A DNA stretch of 21,115 nt from Methanobacterium sp. (GCA_003166335.1 PMWA01000021.1:51562-72676); one strand, 5' to 3'; shown: positions 1 through 12,258, counted from the first letter of the stretch. Notes: a model not told the origin generated them from the letters alone. Numbers and translations are program-made.

Positions 1-37
1 ATTTAGCATTTTCACGGAATCAATAAAAATAACATTA

Positions 38-47
38 TTTATAAATA
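38..47 (+). promoter_or_regulatory. Putative TATA box upstream of the ABC transporter operon
   Basis: TTTATAAATA matches the methanogen TATA consensus, about 130 nt upstream of the ATG at 176; AT-rich background weakens it. Confidence 0.35.
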
Positions 48-175
48 GATAATTCATAATTTAAGAAGTATTAGAAATTCAATGAATTTTACACTTGCAA
101 TTTTGGTATAATTTGTAATAAATTGGGTAAAATTATGGTATAACTATTTTTAATTGAATTAGCAGACGATGTTTC

Positions 176-1372
176 ATGAAGTTTAGAAGTTTAATCATAA
201 AAAATATTTTTAGAAACAAGTCTAGAAGTATTTTAGCGATAATTGGAATTGCAATAGGAGCAGCAGCAATTCTTGGATTAGGATTAGTCACAGATAGTTT
301 AGCATCATCAACACAACAAGCACTTACCACTGGAGCAGCTGATTTTTCAGTGTTACCATCCTCTTTCGGAGGCCATGGATCAGGTGGAGGCTTCGGAGGA
401 GGATCAGGTGGAGGCTTCGGGGGAAGTTCCGCGTTTAATGGATCCTCAGGTGCTACTTTTGTAAGCGCTGGACAAACTATTGACCAATCAACACTAAATT
501 CCATCCAGCAAATGCCTGGTGTGGAAACCGCAGCTGGAGTTCTACGTTCAGCTACAGAACTTAACGGTACAACCCAGCCTTTAACACTGTTAGGAATCGA
601 TAGTCAAGACTTATCACTTGATGATGTTCAGATAACTAATGGAAGTGCATTTACCAGTAGTAATCAAATTATTCTTGGTTCAACCGCTGCTACCGGTTTA
701 AATAAAACTATAGGAGATCAATTAACTTTTGATAATCAAACCTTCATTGTGGTGGGAATTTATGAAACCGGTGATTTCATGTCTGATAGAGGAGCGATAC
801 TTTCATTAAGCACTCTTCAAAATCTTACAAATACCACAGGTGTTTCACAGATACTGGTTAAAGCGAGTAATGGAACTTCACCAACTAGTTTAAGTTCACA
901 GATTACGCAAAACTATACTAATTTAACCACTTCAACTTCATTGTCAGGATTTAATCGTATGAATAATGGAATACAAATCATTGAATCAGGTTCTTGGGCT
1001 ATCACACTTATAGCATTATTAGTTGCAGGTGTTATGGTTGTAGCAACAATGATGAAGAGTGTATCCGATAGAACACGTGAAATAGGAGTTTTAAAAGCGG
1101 TAGGTTGGAATAAAAGACGGATATTAGCATTGATTATAGGTGAATCCATGATTCTAGCAAGTATCGCCACAGTTATAGGATTAATAATAGGCGTAGGTGC
1201 TGTAGAAGTCTTAATTAGTTCACATATTTTAAATGGCATTCATATAGCTTTATCTCTTAATTTAGTACTCGAAGCTGTAGGTGTAGCATTATTCCTAGGT
1301 ATAGTAGGTGGAATTTACCCGGCATACCGGGCAAGCAGATTAGCACCAACCGAGGCGTTACGTTATGAGTAA
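176..1372 (+). CDS. ABC transporter permease, MacB/FtsX (type VII) family
   Basis: N-terminal RNKSRSILAIIGIAIG TM1, large extracytoplasmic domain, C-terminal SVSDRTREIGVLKAVGW and YPAYRASRLAPTEALRYE motifs; overlaps the ATPase start. Confidence 0.93.
   Translation: MKFRSLIIKNIFRNKSRSILAIIGIAIGAAAILGLGLVTDSLASSTQQALTTGAADFSVLPSSFGGHGSGGGFGGGSGGGFGGSSAFNGSSGATFVSAGQTIDQSTLNSIQQMPGVETAAGVLRSATELNGTTQPLTLLGIDSQDLSLDDVQITNGSAFTSSNQIILGSTAATGLNKTIGDQLTFDNQTFIVVGIYETGDFMSDRGAILSLSTLQNLTNTTGVSQILVKASNGTSPTSLSSQITQNYTNLTTSTSLSGFNRMNNGIQIIESGSWAITLIALLVAGVMVVATMMKSVSDRTREIGVLKAVGWNKRRILALIIGESMILASIATVIGLIIGVGAVEVLISSHILNGIHIALSLNLVLEAVGVALFLGIVGGIYPAYRASRLAPTEALRYE
377..420 (+). repeat. Intragenic repeat, 2 x GGATCAGGTGGAGGCTTCGG at 24-nt period, encoding (GSGGGFGG)2
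   Basis: Identical 20-mers at 377-396 and 401-420. Confidence 0.9.
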
Positions 1373-2048
1373 TGAAAACATTGTCAAAATCGAAAACCTT
1401 ATAAAAAGATATGATCAGGCCGGAGTAATAGCTTTAGATGGAATTAACCTGGAAATAAAGAAGGGAGAATTTGTATCCATCATGGGACCTTCTGGGTCCG
1501 GTAAATCAACCCTTCTTAACATGATAGGAGCATTAGACCAAGCTGATGAAGGTTCTATTCAAGTATCAGGTCAAAATTTGATGGAGAAAAAGGATTTCAG
1601 TTCTTTTAGATCAAAGGAGATCGGATTCATATTCCAACTTCACAATCTAATACCTAACCTTACAGCATCCGAAAATGTGCAGATTCCCATGCTCCAAACA
1701 AATAATTCAGATGAAGAAATGGTAAAGAGAGCAACAGAATTATTAGGATCCGTAAATCTTGGTAATAGAGTAGATCAAGTTCCAACTAAACTCTCCGGTG
1801 GTGAAAGGCAAAGAATAGCCATAGCCAGAGCATTAGTAAATCATCCCAACATCATACTGGCCGATGAACCTACCGGAGCATTGGATTCTAAGATGGGTGA
1901 TATTATACTAGAATTGTTGCGTGAAATTCATGAAAAAGAAAATATGACTCTAATCCTGGTAACTCATGAAGAATACGTTGCTAAAAAGGCTGACAGGATA
2001 ATAAGCATGATGGATGGAAAAATAACCTCTGAAAATTGTACATTGTAA
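1365..2048 (+). CDS. ABC transporter ATP-binding protein, LolD/MacB-like
   Basis: Walker A GPSGSGKST, GFIFQ Q-loop, LSGGERQR signature, ILADEPTGALD Walker B, VTH switch. Confidence 0.96.
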   Translation: MSNENIVKIENLIKRYDQAGVIALDGINLEIKKGEFVSIMGPSGSGKSTLLNMIGALDQADEGSIQVSGQNLMEKKDFSSFRSKEIGFIFQLHNLIPNLTASENVQIPMLQTNNSDEEMVKRATELLGSVNLGNRVDQVPTKLSGGERQRIAIARALVNHPNIILADEPTGALDSKMGDIILELLREIHEKENMTLILVTHEEYVAKKADRIISMMDGKITSENCTL

Positions 2049-2147
2049 CTAAATTCTTCTTTAGTTATAGGGAGGGTTACAAAAAGATAAAAAATTTTTT
2101 TTATCATTTTCCTAAATTTTATGGCATCAAAGGATAGTAACCCTCCT
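2046..2147. other. Multi-hairpin intergenic structure (terminator, RNA element or MITE-like)
   Basis: TAACTAAA/TTTAGTTA hairpin at 2046-2067; perfect GGAGGGTTAC (2071-2080)/GTAACCCTCC (2137-2146) stem enclosing a GATAAAAAA/TTTTTTATC hairpin. Confidence 0.55.
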
Positions 2148-2271
2148 AAAAACTTTATTTTATAAATGATTAATTATAAAAATGTGTATTGCTTAGGGGG
2201 TAGTAGTAATAATGTTTTGTCAAAGTTACGAAATTTTTAGATATCCATTAAAAATTAGGATGGTTTAGGGG

Positions 2272-2838
2272 ATGTCAAGAAATTCTATTATCCATGAGAA
2301 TGTTATTATAGGCTTGAAATATAAGAGGGATTCTAAATCTCCAGTAATTGGTGAAAATGCCTTTATACGTTCAAATACTGTTATATATGATGATGTAATT
2401 ATTGGAGATGATTTTAAAACTGGTCATGGAGTTATTATAAAAGAAAAAAATAGAATAGGTGATAATGTTTTAATAGGCACTAGATCTATCGTTGAAGGTA
2501 ACTGTAATATTGGAAGTAATGTTAGCATTCAATCAAATGTTTATATTACTAGTAAAAGTGTGATTGAAGATTATGTATTCATAGGACCTTGTGCTTGTTT
2601 TACAAATGATAATTATCCTATCAGGATAGATCATGAATTTAAAGGTCCAATTTTAAGGAAAGGTGTATCTGTAGGTGCTAACTCTACTTTTCTATCGGAT
2701 GTGGAGGTGGGTGAAGAGTCTATGGTAGCTGCAGGAGCTGTTGTAGACCATGATGTTCCACCCTTCAGTTTAGCTATAGGCTGTCCAGCTCGAATAAAAC
2801 CACTCCCCAATGAACTTAAAACTTTAAATAAAATTTAA
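2272..2838 (+). CDS. Hexapeptide-repeat (left-handed beta-helix) acyl/acetyltransferase, WbpD/DapH-like
   Basis: Repeated [IV]G-x-N/D-V-x-I hexads, FTNDNYP motif, C-terminal [23 protein letters not shown]. Confidence 0.9.
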   Translation: MSRNSIIHENVIIGLKYKRDSKSPVIGENAFIRSNTVIYDDVIIGDDFKTGHGVIIKEKNRIGDNVLIGTRSIVEGNCNIGSNVSIQSNVYITSKSVIEDYVFIGPCACFTNDNYPIRIDHEFKGPILRKGVSVGANSTFLSDVEVGEESMVAAGAVVDHDVPPFSLAIGCPARIKPLPNELKTLNKI

Positions 2839-2943
2839 TATTTTAAATTAAAAAAAAAAATTTAAAATCCAGAATCATCTTAGTAGATTTCAGAATAGTA
2901 GGGATTTATTTTATTTTAATTCCAACTATAATAATATTTTTTT

Positions 2944-5310
<2,367 letters not shown>

Positions 5311-5385
5311 GATATATCAACTCATGGTAATTTTTTAGGTTAATATTTTGATGAAAAAATTAAATTTGAAGTTTAAAAATTTTTT

Positions 5386-5736
5386 TTATTCGTTTTTTTG
5401 TTTTGTTTGATCGCATTTTGTTAATACGCAGCCGAATAGAAAATCTATTTTTTCTTTGTGATTTATCAAGGCGTTATGATTGAATGTGTAGTAAATGTAG
5501 TTGCCTTGTTTTTTAGCGTTGAGGATCTTCGCGGTTTTCAGTATTTTGAGGTGTTGGGATGCTGCGGGTTGGGTTAAACCCATTTTTTCTGCCATTTCTG
5601 TAACACTAACTTTTTCCATTTGACCTGATGCTAGTATATAAACGAGTGTGAGTCGGTTTATGTTACTGAGTGCTTTGAATAATTCTTCTAAATCTTTTGA
5701 GATGTCACAAGTGTATTCTGTATTTATCCTCAACAT
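5386..5736 (-). CDS. ArsR/SmtB family transcriptional regulator
   Basis: [10 protein letters not shown] helix, [25 protein letters not shown] wing. Confidence 0.93.
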   Translation of the reverse strand: MLRINTEYTCDISKDLEELFKALSNINRLTLVYILASGQMEKVSVTEMAEKMGLTQPAASQHLKILKTAKILNAKKQGNYIYYTFNHNALINHKEKIDFLFGCVLTKCDQTKQKNE

Positions 5737-5748
5737 ATACTACTTAAC

Positions 5749-5776
5749 TATATAAGTATATACTTATATACTTTTC
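5749..5776 (-). promoter_or_regulatory. arsR-lon promoter (BRE + TATA) overlapped by a perfect 22-bp palindromic operator
   Basis: TATATAAGTATATACTTATATA (5749-5770) is its own reverse complement; the minus strand reads GAAAAG-TATATAAG about 30 nt upstream of the ATG at 5736. Confidence 0.75.
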
Positions 5777-5841
5777 TATTAGATATATCTAAAATCTGGA
5801 GGAAAAAACTTTAAGTTTCTAAAAGAATTATTATATTATTA

Positions 5842-5874
5842 ATAAGGATGTCTTTATGGGATTTATAAGGATGT
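5842..5874 (+). repeat. Direct repeat ATAAGGATGT x2 upstream of the tautomerase gene
   Basis: Exact copies at 5842-5851 and 5865-5874. Confidence 0.6.
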
Positions 5875-5950
5875 TCTAAAGTACATTATTGATAAAAAAT
5901 TGTGTAAAAACATTAAATAGAATTTTTTACATTAAAAAGAGGTTGAAAAT

Positions 5951-6148
5951 ATGCCAGTAATTACTATTGAAGGACCAGCATTATCTAAGGAACAAAAGGC
6001 TGAGTTAGTTAAATCTTTCTCACAAACCGCTAGTAAAGTAATGGGAATACCTGTAAATGCTATGGTCGTTATCATTAGAGAAGTGGGAGCAGAAAACGTA
6101 GGGGTAGGTGATTGTTTACTCTGTGATTTAAGAAGGACTGAGGAATAA
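5951..6148 (+). CDS. dmpI: 4-oxalocrotonate tautomerase family protein (DmpI-like)
   Basis: Catalytic Pro after the initiator Met, [30 protein letters not shown]. Confidence 0.88.
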   Translation: MPVITIEGPALSKEQKAELVKSFSQTASKVMGIPVNAMVVIIREVGAENVGVGDCLLCDLRRTEE

Positions 6149-6284
6149 AAATAATTATATACTACATAATTTTTTTTAACTAAATACTAATATTCATATT
6201 ATAATTTAATTAATTACAAAAAAATTAATTATTTTTTTTTTAAATAAAATATAGTCTTCTATCAATCATTTTCGGAATTTAATT

Positions 6285-6674
6285 TCAAATTTTAACTAAT
6301 AATTTATTGGACTCTATTTTCAACTCGTAAATCAGCAGATCATAGGTATTAGTTGCTTCAATGAGTTTTCTTCGTTCTTTATTAAGTTTCTTATATTCTT
6401 CTGGAAGACATTCAATTTCTGGAAGCGACTCCAATACAGGACCGGAAATAAGTTTTCCAGTGATAACATCGAACTCGGAACTATGCAAAGGACATGTAAT
6501 AATATTTCCATCGAATCTGCCTAAAGATAAACTTGCATTCATATGTCCACATCTATCACTTACAGCATAATAATTCCCATCCACATTAGCTATAAGTATT
6601 TCATACCCGCTAACTTCTACGTGTTTCATTTTACCTACAGTTACTTCATCTGTCTTGGCTATTTCAACAAACAT
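6285..6674 (-). CDS. Rieske [2Fe-2S] ferredoxin-like protein
   Basis: CGH and CPLH Rieske boxes, followed by FDVITGK..SGP. Confidence 0.92.
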   Translation of the reverse strand: MFVEIAKTDEVTVGKMKHVEVSGYEILIANVDGNYYAVSDRCGHMNASLSLGRFDGNIITCPLHSSEFDVITGKLISGPVLESLPEIECLPEEYKKLNKERRKLIEATNTYDLLIYELKIESNKLLVKI

Positions 6675-7087
6675 GATATCATCACATCTTTCTAGTTAAT
6701 TTGAATTAGTAAAACTATGTTTTTTTTAATAGATTAAAATATTCATTTGAAAAATGTATAAATCCATAATAATCTCATAGTTTTTAAAATTTCTACGTAA
6801 ATATCATCAATACACTAAAAGACTTTACAGATTTTAATGGATTGAAAAATGTAATATGAATTAGTTTACAAAAATCTGTCAAGAAAATATATTTCAGATA
6901 GCAGAAAGCCTACAGGAATTCTATTAAACGGTTTCTAAAATGTCTCTTATTTTTATAAATTATTTAATTAATCTTATTTTTTTAAAATAAGAAAAATTAA
7001 ATGAATTAAAGTTCATAAATAATAACTGAAAAAATTGGGATTCTTTTATGATATAAAAAAATAATAATTTTATGGTTTCTGATGTAA

Positions 7088-9184
7088 ATGGTTCAAAGAA
7101 GAAAAGAGAAGTCTGAGAAACGTTATAATCATCTTAAAGATGAGAAAAGTCCATATCTCATACAACATGCACAAAATCCGGTGGATTGGTATCCCTGGGG
7201 TGAAGAAGCATTCAAGAAAGCTAAAGAAGAGAATAAACCTATATTTCTTTCAGTAGGATATTCCACCTGTCACTGGTGTCATGTTATGGCCCGGGAATCT
7301 TTCGAGGATCATGAAATGGCACAATTAATTAATGAAGTTTTTATACCAGTTAAAGTGGATCGTGAGGAACGCCCTGATATTGATTGCACTTATCTTGAAG
7401 CCTGTCAGATCCTTACTAACAGTGGTGGATGGCCCTTAACAGTATTATTAACACCTGATTTAAAACCGTTTTTTGCAGGAACTTATTATCCTAAGGAAAG
7501 TGTTGGTGGTGGGATTGGACTTAAAGATTTAGTAATAAACATCCGGGAGTTATGGCAGAATCAAGAGGGTGAATTACTGAAATCAGCTGATGAGATAACT
7601 TCCGCTCTGAAAAGATGGGCATCTACAGTATCTGGTGAGTTAATCCCAGAATCAGTGTTAGATCAGGCCTTCAATGTTTTAAGTAACAGTTTTGATGAGT
7701 ATGGTGGATTTGGGCATGGGCAGAAGTTTCCCAGTGCAAATCATTTATTATTCTTATTACATTACTGGAATCGTACTGGGGCTGGAAATGCATTATCAAT
7801 GGTTGAAGAAACCTTAAATTTTATGCGTAGGGGAGGTATATGGGATCATCTGGGATTTGGTTTCCATCGTTATAGTATGGACCCGGAATGGATTGTACCC
7901 CATTTTGAGAAAATGCTCTATGATCAAGCTCTAATGACCCTAGTTTACACAGAGGCTTATCAAGCTACAGGGAAAGAAGAGTACAGGGATACAGTGATGC
8001 TAATTTTAGAATATATCCTAAGAGATATGACTTCGCCGAATGGAGGTTTTTATAGTGCTGAAGACGCGGAAAGCATGGGTTTGGAAGGTGAATTCTATTT
8101 ATGGACTAAGAATGAAGTTGAAAGAATTTTAACTCCCCAAGAATCACTTATCTTTAATGATGCATACCAAATGAAGGAGAAGGGTAACTTCCAAGATCCT
8201 AGCACTCAAATATTTAATGGTAAAAACATTTTACATCTTAAAGCACCCTTAAATTTGATTGCAGAGGAATTAAAATTAGATCTAGCAGATTTATCTGAGC
8301 AATTAGAATCAATGAGAAAGAAATTATATTATGCTCGTGAGATGCGTGTTCATCCTCATAAGGATGATAAAATTCTCACTGATTGGAATGGACTTATGAT
8401 AACAGCACTAGCTCGAGCAAGTCAAATCTTTGATGATAAACGTTATAGTGAAGCTGCTTTGAAAGCAGTGGAGTTTATTAAATCACAGCTCTACTGTGAA
8501 GGTAAATTATGGCATCGTTACAGGAGCGGTGAAGTTAAAATACCTGGTTTCTTGGATGATTATGCTTTTATGATTTTAGGTTTAATAGAACTTTACCAAG
8601 CTACATTGGATTCATCTTTACTTGAATGGGCTTTAGAACTGAATCAAGTATTAATAAATGATTTCTTTGATGAGACTGACGGAGGCTTTTATTTCACCAG
8701 TCGATTAGAGGAGGATGTATTGGTACGTAAAAAAGAGGCTTTTGACGGTTCCATACCTTCGGGGAACGCTTTATCCTATCTTAATCTTTTACATCTATCT
8801 ACTCTATTGGAAGATTCACAGTTTAATGACCGGGCTATTGAATTGGAGAAATCCTTTGCACCTCTTATAAGTGGTTCGCCAACTGGTTATACTATGTTTC
8901 TTACTGGTTTAATGCTTCGTTTAGGCCCCAGTTATGAGGTGGTTATAGCTGGTGAGAAGAATGATGAAGCAACCCATAAGTTAATTCGGGTATTACGTGA
9001 GAATTATCTGCCTCAAGTTGTTTTCTCCCTTAATTCAGTGGATGAAAATTGGCTTCGTGAGAAAGTAGAGTCATTTAAGGATAAAAAACCATTAGATGGG
9101 AGGGTTACAGCTTATGTTTGTGAATCTAAAGGTTGTAAGTTACCTGTCACTAATTCAGATAAATTATTGGAATTATTAAGTTAA
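7088..9184 (+). CDS. Thioredoxin domain-containing protein, YyaL/SPATA20 (SSP411) family
   Basis: [62 protein letters not shown]. Confidence 0.94.
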   Translation: MVQRRKEKSEKRYNHLKDEKSPYLIQHAQNPVDWYPWGEEAFKKAKEENKPIFLSVGYSTCHWCHVMARESFEDHEMAQLINEVFIPVKVDREERPDIDCTYLEACQILTNSGGWPLTVLLTPDLKPFFAGTYYPKESVGGGIGLKDLVINIRELWQNQEGELLKSADEITSALKRWASTVSGELIPESVLDQAFNVLSNSFDEYGGFGHGQKFPSANHLLFLLHYWNRTGAGNALSMVEETLNFMRRGGIWDHLGFGFHRYSMDPEWIVPHFEKMLYDQALMTLVYTEAYQATGKEEYRDTVMLILEYILRDMTSPNGGFYSAEDAESMGLEGEFYLWTKNEVERILTPQESLIFNDAYQMKEKGNFQDPSTQIFNGKNILHLKAPLNLIAEELKLDLADLSEQLESMRKKLYYAREMRVHPHKDDKILTDWNGLMITALARASQIFDDKRYSEAALKAVEFIKSQLYCEGKLWHRYRSGEVKIPGFLDDYAFMILGLIELYQATLDSSLLEWALELNQVLINDFFDETDGGFYFTSRLEEDVLVRKKEAFDGSIPSGNALSYLNLLHLSTLLEDSQFNDRAIELEKSFAPLISGSPTGYTMFLTGLMLRLGPSYEVVIAGEKNDEATHKLIRVLRENYLPQVVFSLNSVDENWLREKVESFKDKKPLDGRVTAYVCESKGCKLPVTNSDKLLELLS

Positions 9185-9245
9185 AAAAAAAATTTGATAA
9201 GTTCATAATAGATTAACCTTTTTTTTTATCTTCAATTTTTTTTTG
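9185..9245. terminator. Probable bidirectional oligo-T terminator region between convergent genes
   Basis: Long T runs on the + strand after yyaL and an A run (T on the - strand) downstream of the NikR-like gene. Confidence 0.45.
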
Positions 9246-9629
9246 TTAGATGGTGGTTAATTTAACATATTCCATTTTTCTGCTGGTTTGGAACATTTTG
9301 GTTAGAGTATTCATTCTTTCTGCATTTCCTTCCATAATAAAAATTTCTAGGCATTTATCCTCTTTAAGATGAGAGTGTATCTGGGTTTTTATTATATCCT
9401 CGAAGTCGTGTTTTATCTCTGTTACTTTGTCTTCAGCTTTTGGATTATGGATTAAGGTTAGTATTGAGTTTAAGTTGCCGGTAAGGTTTTTTTTCTCCTG
9501 GTTATCTGCGATTAACATTCGTGTGCTGGTTCGGATCACTTCTGATCTGCCTGAATATCCTATTTCCTCCTTTAATTCGTCTATTTCTTGGAGTAATTTA
9601 TCACTGAGAGAAACGCTTATTATTGTCAT
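9246..9629 (-). CDS. NikR-family ribbon-helix-helix metalloregulator
   Basis: IISVSL ribbon, GRSEVIR helix, C-terminal ACT-like domain with KH...HSH.....CLE metal ligands. Confidence 0.9.
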   Translation of the reverse strand: MTIISVSLSDKLLQEIDELKEEIGYSGRSEVIRTSTRMLIADNQEKKNLTGNLNSILTLIHNPKAEDKVTEIKHDFEDIIKTQIHSHLKEDKCLEIFIMEGNAERMNTLTKMFQTSRKMEYVKLTTI

Positions 9630-9652
9630 AATATTTTATTATTTAATAACTC

Positions 9653-9707
9653 TTTATAAATATATTGTCTATATTTTATTAAGAATATCTTTAAATATTA
9701 ATAAAAT
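9653..9707. promoter_or_regulatory. Divergent promoter region with TATA-like element and 10-15-10 inverted repeat
   Basis: TTTATAAATA at 9653-9662; ATTTTATTAA (9673-9682)-N15-TTAATAAAAT (9698-9707). Confidence 0.55.
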
Positions 9708-9752
9708 TATATGATAATTCATCAATAAAATAAAATTAAGGGAAGGGAATAG

Positions 9753-10634
9753 TTGAACAAAAAAAAGTTATCCATTGTAATAGTGATTTTGGTTATTGCT
9801 GCAGGAGTTATAGGTTATTTTGGTTTTCAAAATTTAAATGCTAATAATTCAAATGGTAAGATTGGCGTTGTTGTGAGTATAGGTCCTGAAGTGCAATGGG
9901 TTAATGCAGTAGGTGGTGACAAGGTTAATGTTACATTAATGGTGCCACCTGATGATGATCCACATACCTATGAACCATTACCGGGTCAACTCAAACAGGT
10001 ATCCAATGCTAAAATGTATGCGGAGATTGGATCACCCTTAGAATTTGAAACGAATTATATGGGTAAAATAGAAGCTGCTAATCCTAACTTGCTTATTGTA
10101 AACTGCTCCCAAGGAATAACTTTAATGCCTAACACAGCAGAAAATGAGTCAGACACGATGGATCCTCATGATTGGGTGGATCCTAAAGACGCTGAAGTTA
10201 TGGTGAATAATATTTATCTGGGTTTAGTCAAAGTGGATCCGTCTGATCAGGCTTACTTCGAGAAAAATCGTGATAATTACGAAGCTCAACTTGAAACATT
10301 AGATAATTACACTGCACAAACCTTAAAAGATAAGAAGGGCACTGATATATTAATATTCCATCCCGCATTTGGTTATTACGCTAAAGATTATAACCTCACT
10401 CAAATAGCAGTTATGATTAATGATGAGGAACCTTCACCTCAACGGATTGCACTTTTATTGAATACAGCTAAAGCGGATAATATAACGGTAATGTATAATG
10501 AGCCACAATACGATCCGAGTTATATGCAATCCATAGCATCACAAGTTAATGGAAAAGTTCTAACTGTAAATGATTTAGATGAAAATTACTTGCAGAACAT
10601 GAGGAATGTAGCAAATGCATTTGCTCAAGCATAA
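9753..10634 (+). CDS. Metal (Zn/Mn-type, cluster A-I) ABC transporter substrate-binding protein, ZnuA/TroA-like
   Basis: N-terminal TM anchor, DPHTYEP, DPHDW, FHPAFGY, EEPSPQ; TTG start after a GGGAAGGG RBS. Confidence 0.92.
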   Translation: MNKKKLSIVIVILVIAAGVIGYFGFQNLNANNSNGKIGVVVSIGPEVQWVNAVGGDKVNVTLMVPPDDDPHTYEPLPGQLKQVSNAKMYAEIGSPLEFETNYMGKIEAANPNLLIVNCSQGITLMPNTAENESDTMDPHDWVDPKDAEVMVNNIYLGLVKVDPSDQAYFEKNRDNYEAQLETLDNYTAQTLKDKKGTDILIFHPAFGYYAKDYNLTQIAVMINDEEPSPQRIALLLNTAKADNITVMYNEPQYDPSYMQSIASQVNGKVLTVNDLDENYLQNMRNVANAFAQA

Positions 10635-10669
10635 AAAAATATCTAAGAAAAAATTAATAAGGAAATAAA

Positions 10670-11416
10670 ATGAGTATGAAGGCTGTTGAATTCAATCATG
10701 TTAATATGAAATATAATGAACAGTATGTTCTACAGGATATTAACTTCTCTATTAAGGAAAAGGATTTCATGGCGATTATAGGTCCTAATGGCGGTGGAAA
10801 AAGCACTATCCTTAAAATTATCTTAGGACTTTTAACACCGGATGATGGTGAAGTTAAAGTATTCGGAAGGGATCCAAAGCACGCTAGAGATTTAATGGGA
10901 TATCTTCCACAAAATCTATCATTTGACCCTCAGTTCCCTATTAGTGTCTATGAAACGGTGTTAACGGGTAGATACCATGGATTATTTAAGAGTTATAAAC
11001 AAAGTGATGAAGAAGCTGTAATACAAGCTTTAAATGATGTGGAGATGCAGGATTTTAAGGATCGGCAGATAGGTAAATTATCCGGTGGTCAAATGCAGAG
11101 AGTATTCATTGCGCGGGCTATTGTTAGAAATCCTAAATTATTGCTTATGGATGAGCCTATGGCTAGCATTGACCCGGATATGCAAAGTTCATTTTATAAA
11201 CTCATGTCACAGTTAAAGGATGAAATGGCTATAGTCTTGGTTAGTCATGATGTAGGAGCCGTATCAACTCATGTGGATAAGATCGCATGTCTTAACAGGG
11301 AACTCTTTTATCATGGGCCTGTAGAGGATTCAGCTAGGGGTTTAGAGGAGATTTATCATTGTCCTATTGATCTTATAAGTCATGGAATACCTCATAGAGT
11401 GCTCAGAGAACATTAA
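10670..11416 (+). CDS. Metal ABC transporter ATP-binding protein, ZnuC-like
   Basis: [32 protein letters not shown]; His/Cys-containing C-terminus. Confidence 0.94.
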   Translation: MSMKAVEFNHVNMKYNEQYVLQDINFSIKEKDFMAIIGPNGGGKSTILKIILGLLTPDDGEVKVFGRDPKHARDLMGYLPQNLSFDPQFPISVYETVLTGRYHGLFKSYKQSDEEAVIQALNDVEMQDFKDRQIGKLSGGQMQRVFIARAIVRNPKLLLMDEPMASIDPDMQSSFYKLMSQLKDEMAIVLVSHDVGAVSTHVDKIACLNRELFYHGPVEDSARGLEEIYHCPIDLISHGIPHRVLREH

Positions 11417-11454
11417 CTCCTGAATTTCTTTTCTATTTTTTTTTAGGGGGATTT

Positions 11455-12258
11455 TTGATAATTATGTATGATTTTCTTCAATATGAATTCATTCAGAGAG
11501 CCTTAATAACAGCAGTCTTAGTTAGTATTGTCTGTGGAGTTGTTGGTAGTTATGTCGTTATAAAGCGTATAGTTTCACTTAGCGGTGCAATATCCCATGC
11601 CGCATTTGGTGGTGTAGGTTTAGGTTACTTTTTAACTGTTAACCCTGTATTAGCAGCTATCCCTTTTAGTATAGCATCGGCAATGGCAATTGGTGGTGTG
11701 GAGAAGAAAGTAAATATCAGTGCAGACACCGCTATGGGAATATTATGGAGTGTTGGAATGGCTTTAGGGGTAATATTCATTAATTTAACCCCCGGTTATG
11801 CTCCTGATCTCTTCAGCTACCTTTTTGGAGACATATTAACTGTAACTAACAGTGACCTTCTCATAATGCTCACGCTTGATTTAATTATTATAACCACGGT
11901 TTACATTTTTCGTAGAGAGTTTCTCGCAGTATCCTTTGATGAGGAATTCTCAACAGTTGTAGGGTTACCATCGTTACCAATTTATATGCTTCTTTTAGCT
12001 TTAGTAGCATTAAGCGTGGTGGTACTCATGAAAGTTGTGGGAATAATCTTACTTATAGCTTTATTCACAATACCGGCAGCCATAAGTAAACAATATACTC
12101 ATAACCTAACGAAATTAATGAGTCTCGCTACAATCATCGGTATAATTCTAGCTTCAGTAGGTATAATATTATCTTATATCTTTAATCTAGCTTCAGGCGC
12201 CACCATTGTTATGGTTCTAGCTGCAGCTTTCCTCATCTCCTATTACCTTAAGGATTAA
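11455..12258 (+). CDS. Metal ABC transporter permease, ZnuB-like (ABC-3 family)
   Basis: [32 protein letters not shown]; start is TTG 11455 or ATG 11464. Confidence 0.93.
   Translation: MIIMYDFLQYEFIQRALITAVLVSIVCGVVGSYVVIKRIVSLSGAISHAAFGGVGLGYFLTVNPVLAAIPFSIASAMAIGGVEKKVNISADTAMGILWSVGMALGVIFINLTPGYAPDLFSYLFGDILTVTNSDLLIMLTLDLIIITTVYIFRREFLAVSFDEEFSTVVGLPSLPIYMLLLALVALSVVVLMKVVGIILLIALFTIPAAISKQYTHNLTKLMSLATIIGIILASVGIILSYIFNLASGATIVMVLAAAFLISYYLKD

Noticed and set aside
133..504. 123-aa Pro-rich minus-strand ORF
   Set aside because: Antisense shadow of the Gly-rich permease segment (GGN codons read as CCN)
913..1239. 108-aa minus-strand ORF
   Set aside because: Fully antisense to the well-supported permease; no motifs
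6361..6570. 69-aa plus-strand ORF
   Set aside because: Antisense to the Rieske gene
6823..6883. Inverted repeat CTTTACAGATTTT / AAAATCTGTCAAG with a 35-nt spacer
   Set aside because: AT-rich with a long unstructured spacer; compatible with chance, although an operator role cannot be excluded
9427..9714. 95-aa plus-strand ORF
   Set aside because: Antisense to the NikR-like gene and runs through the promoter region
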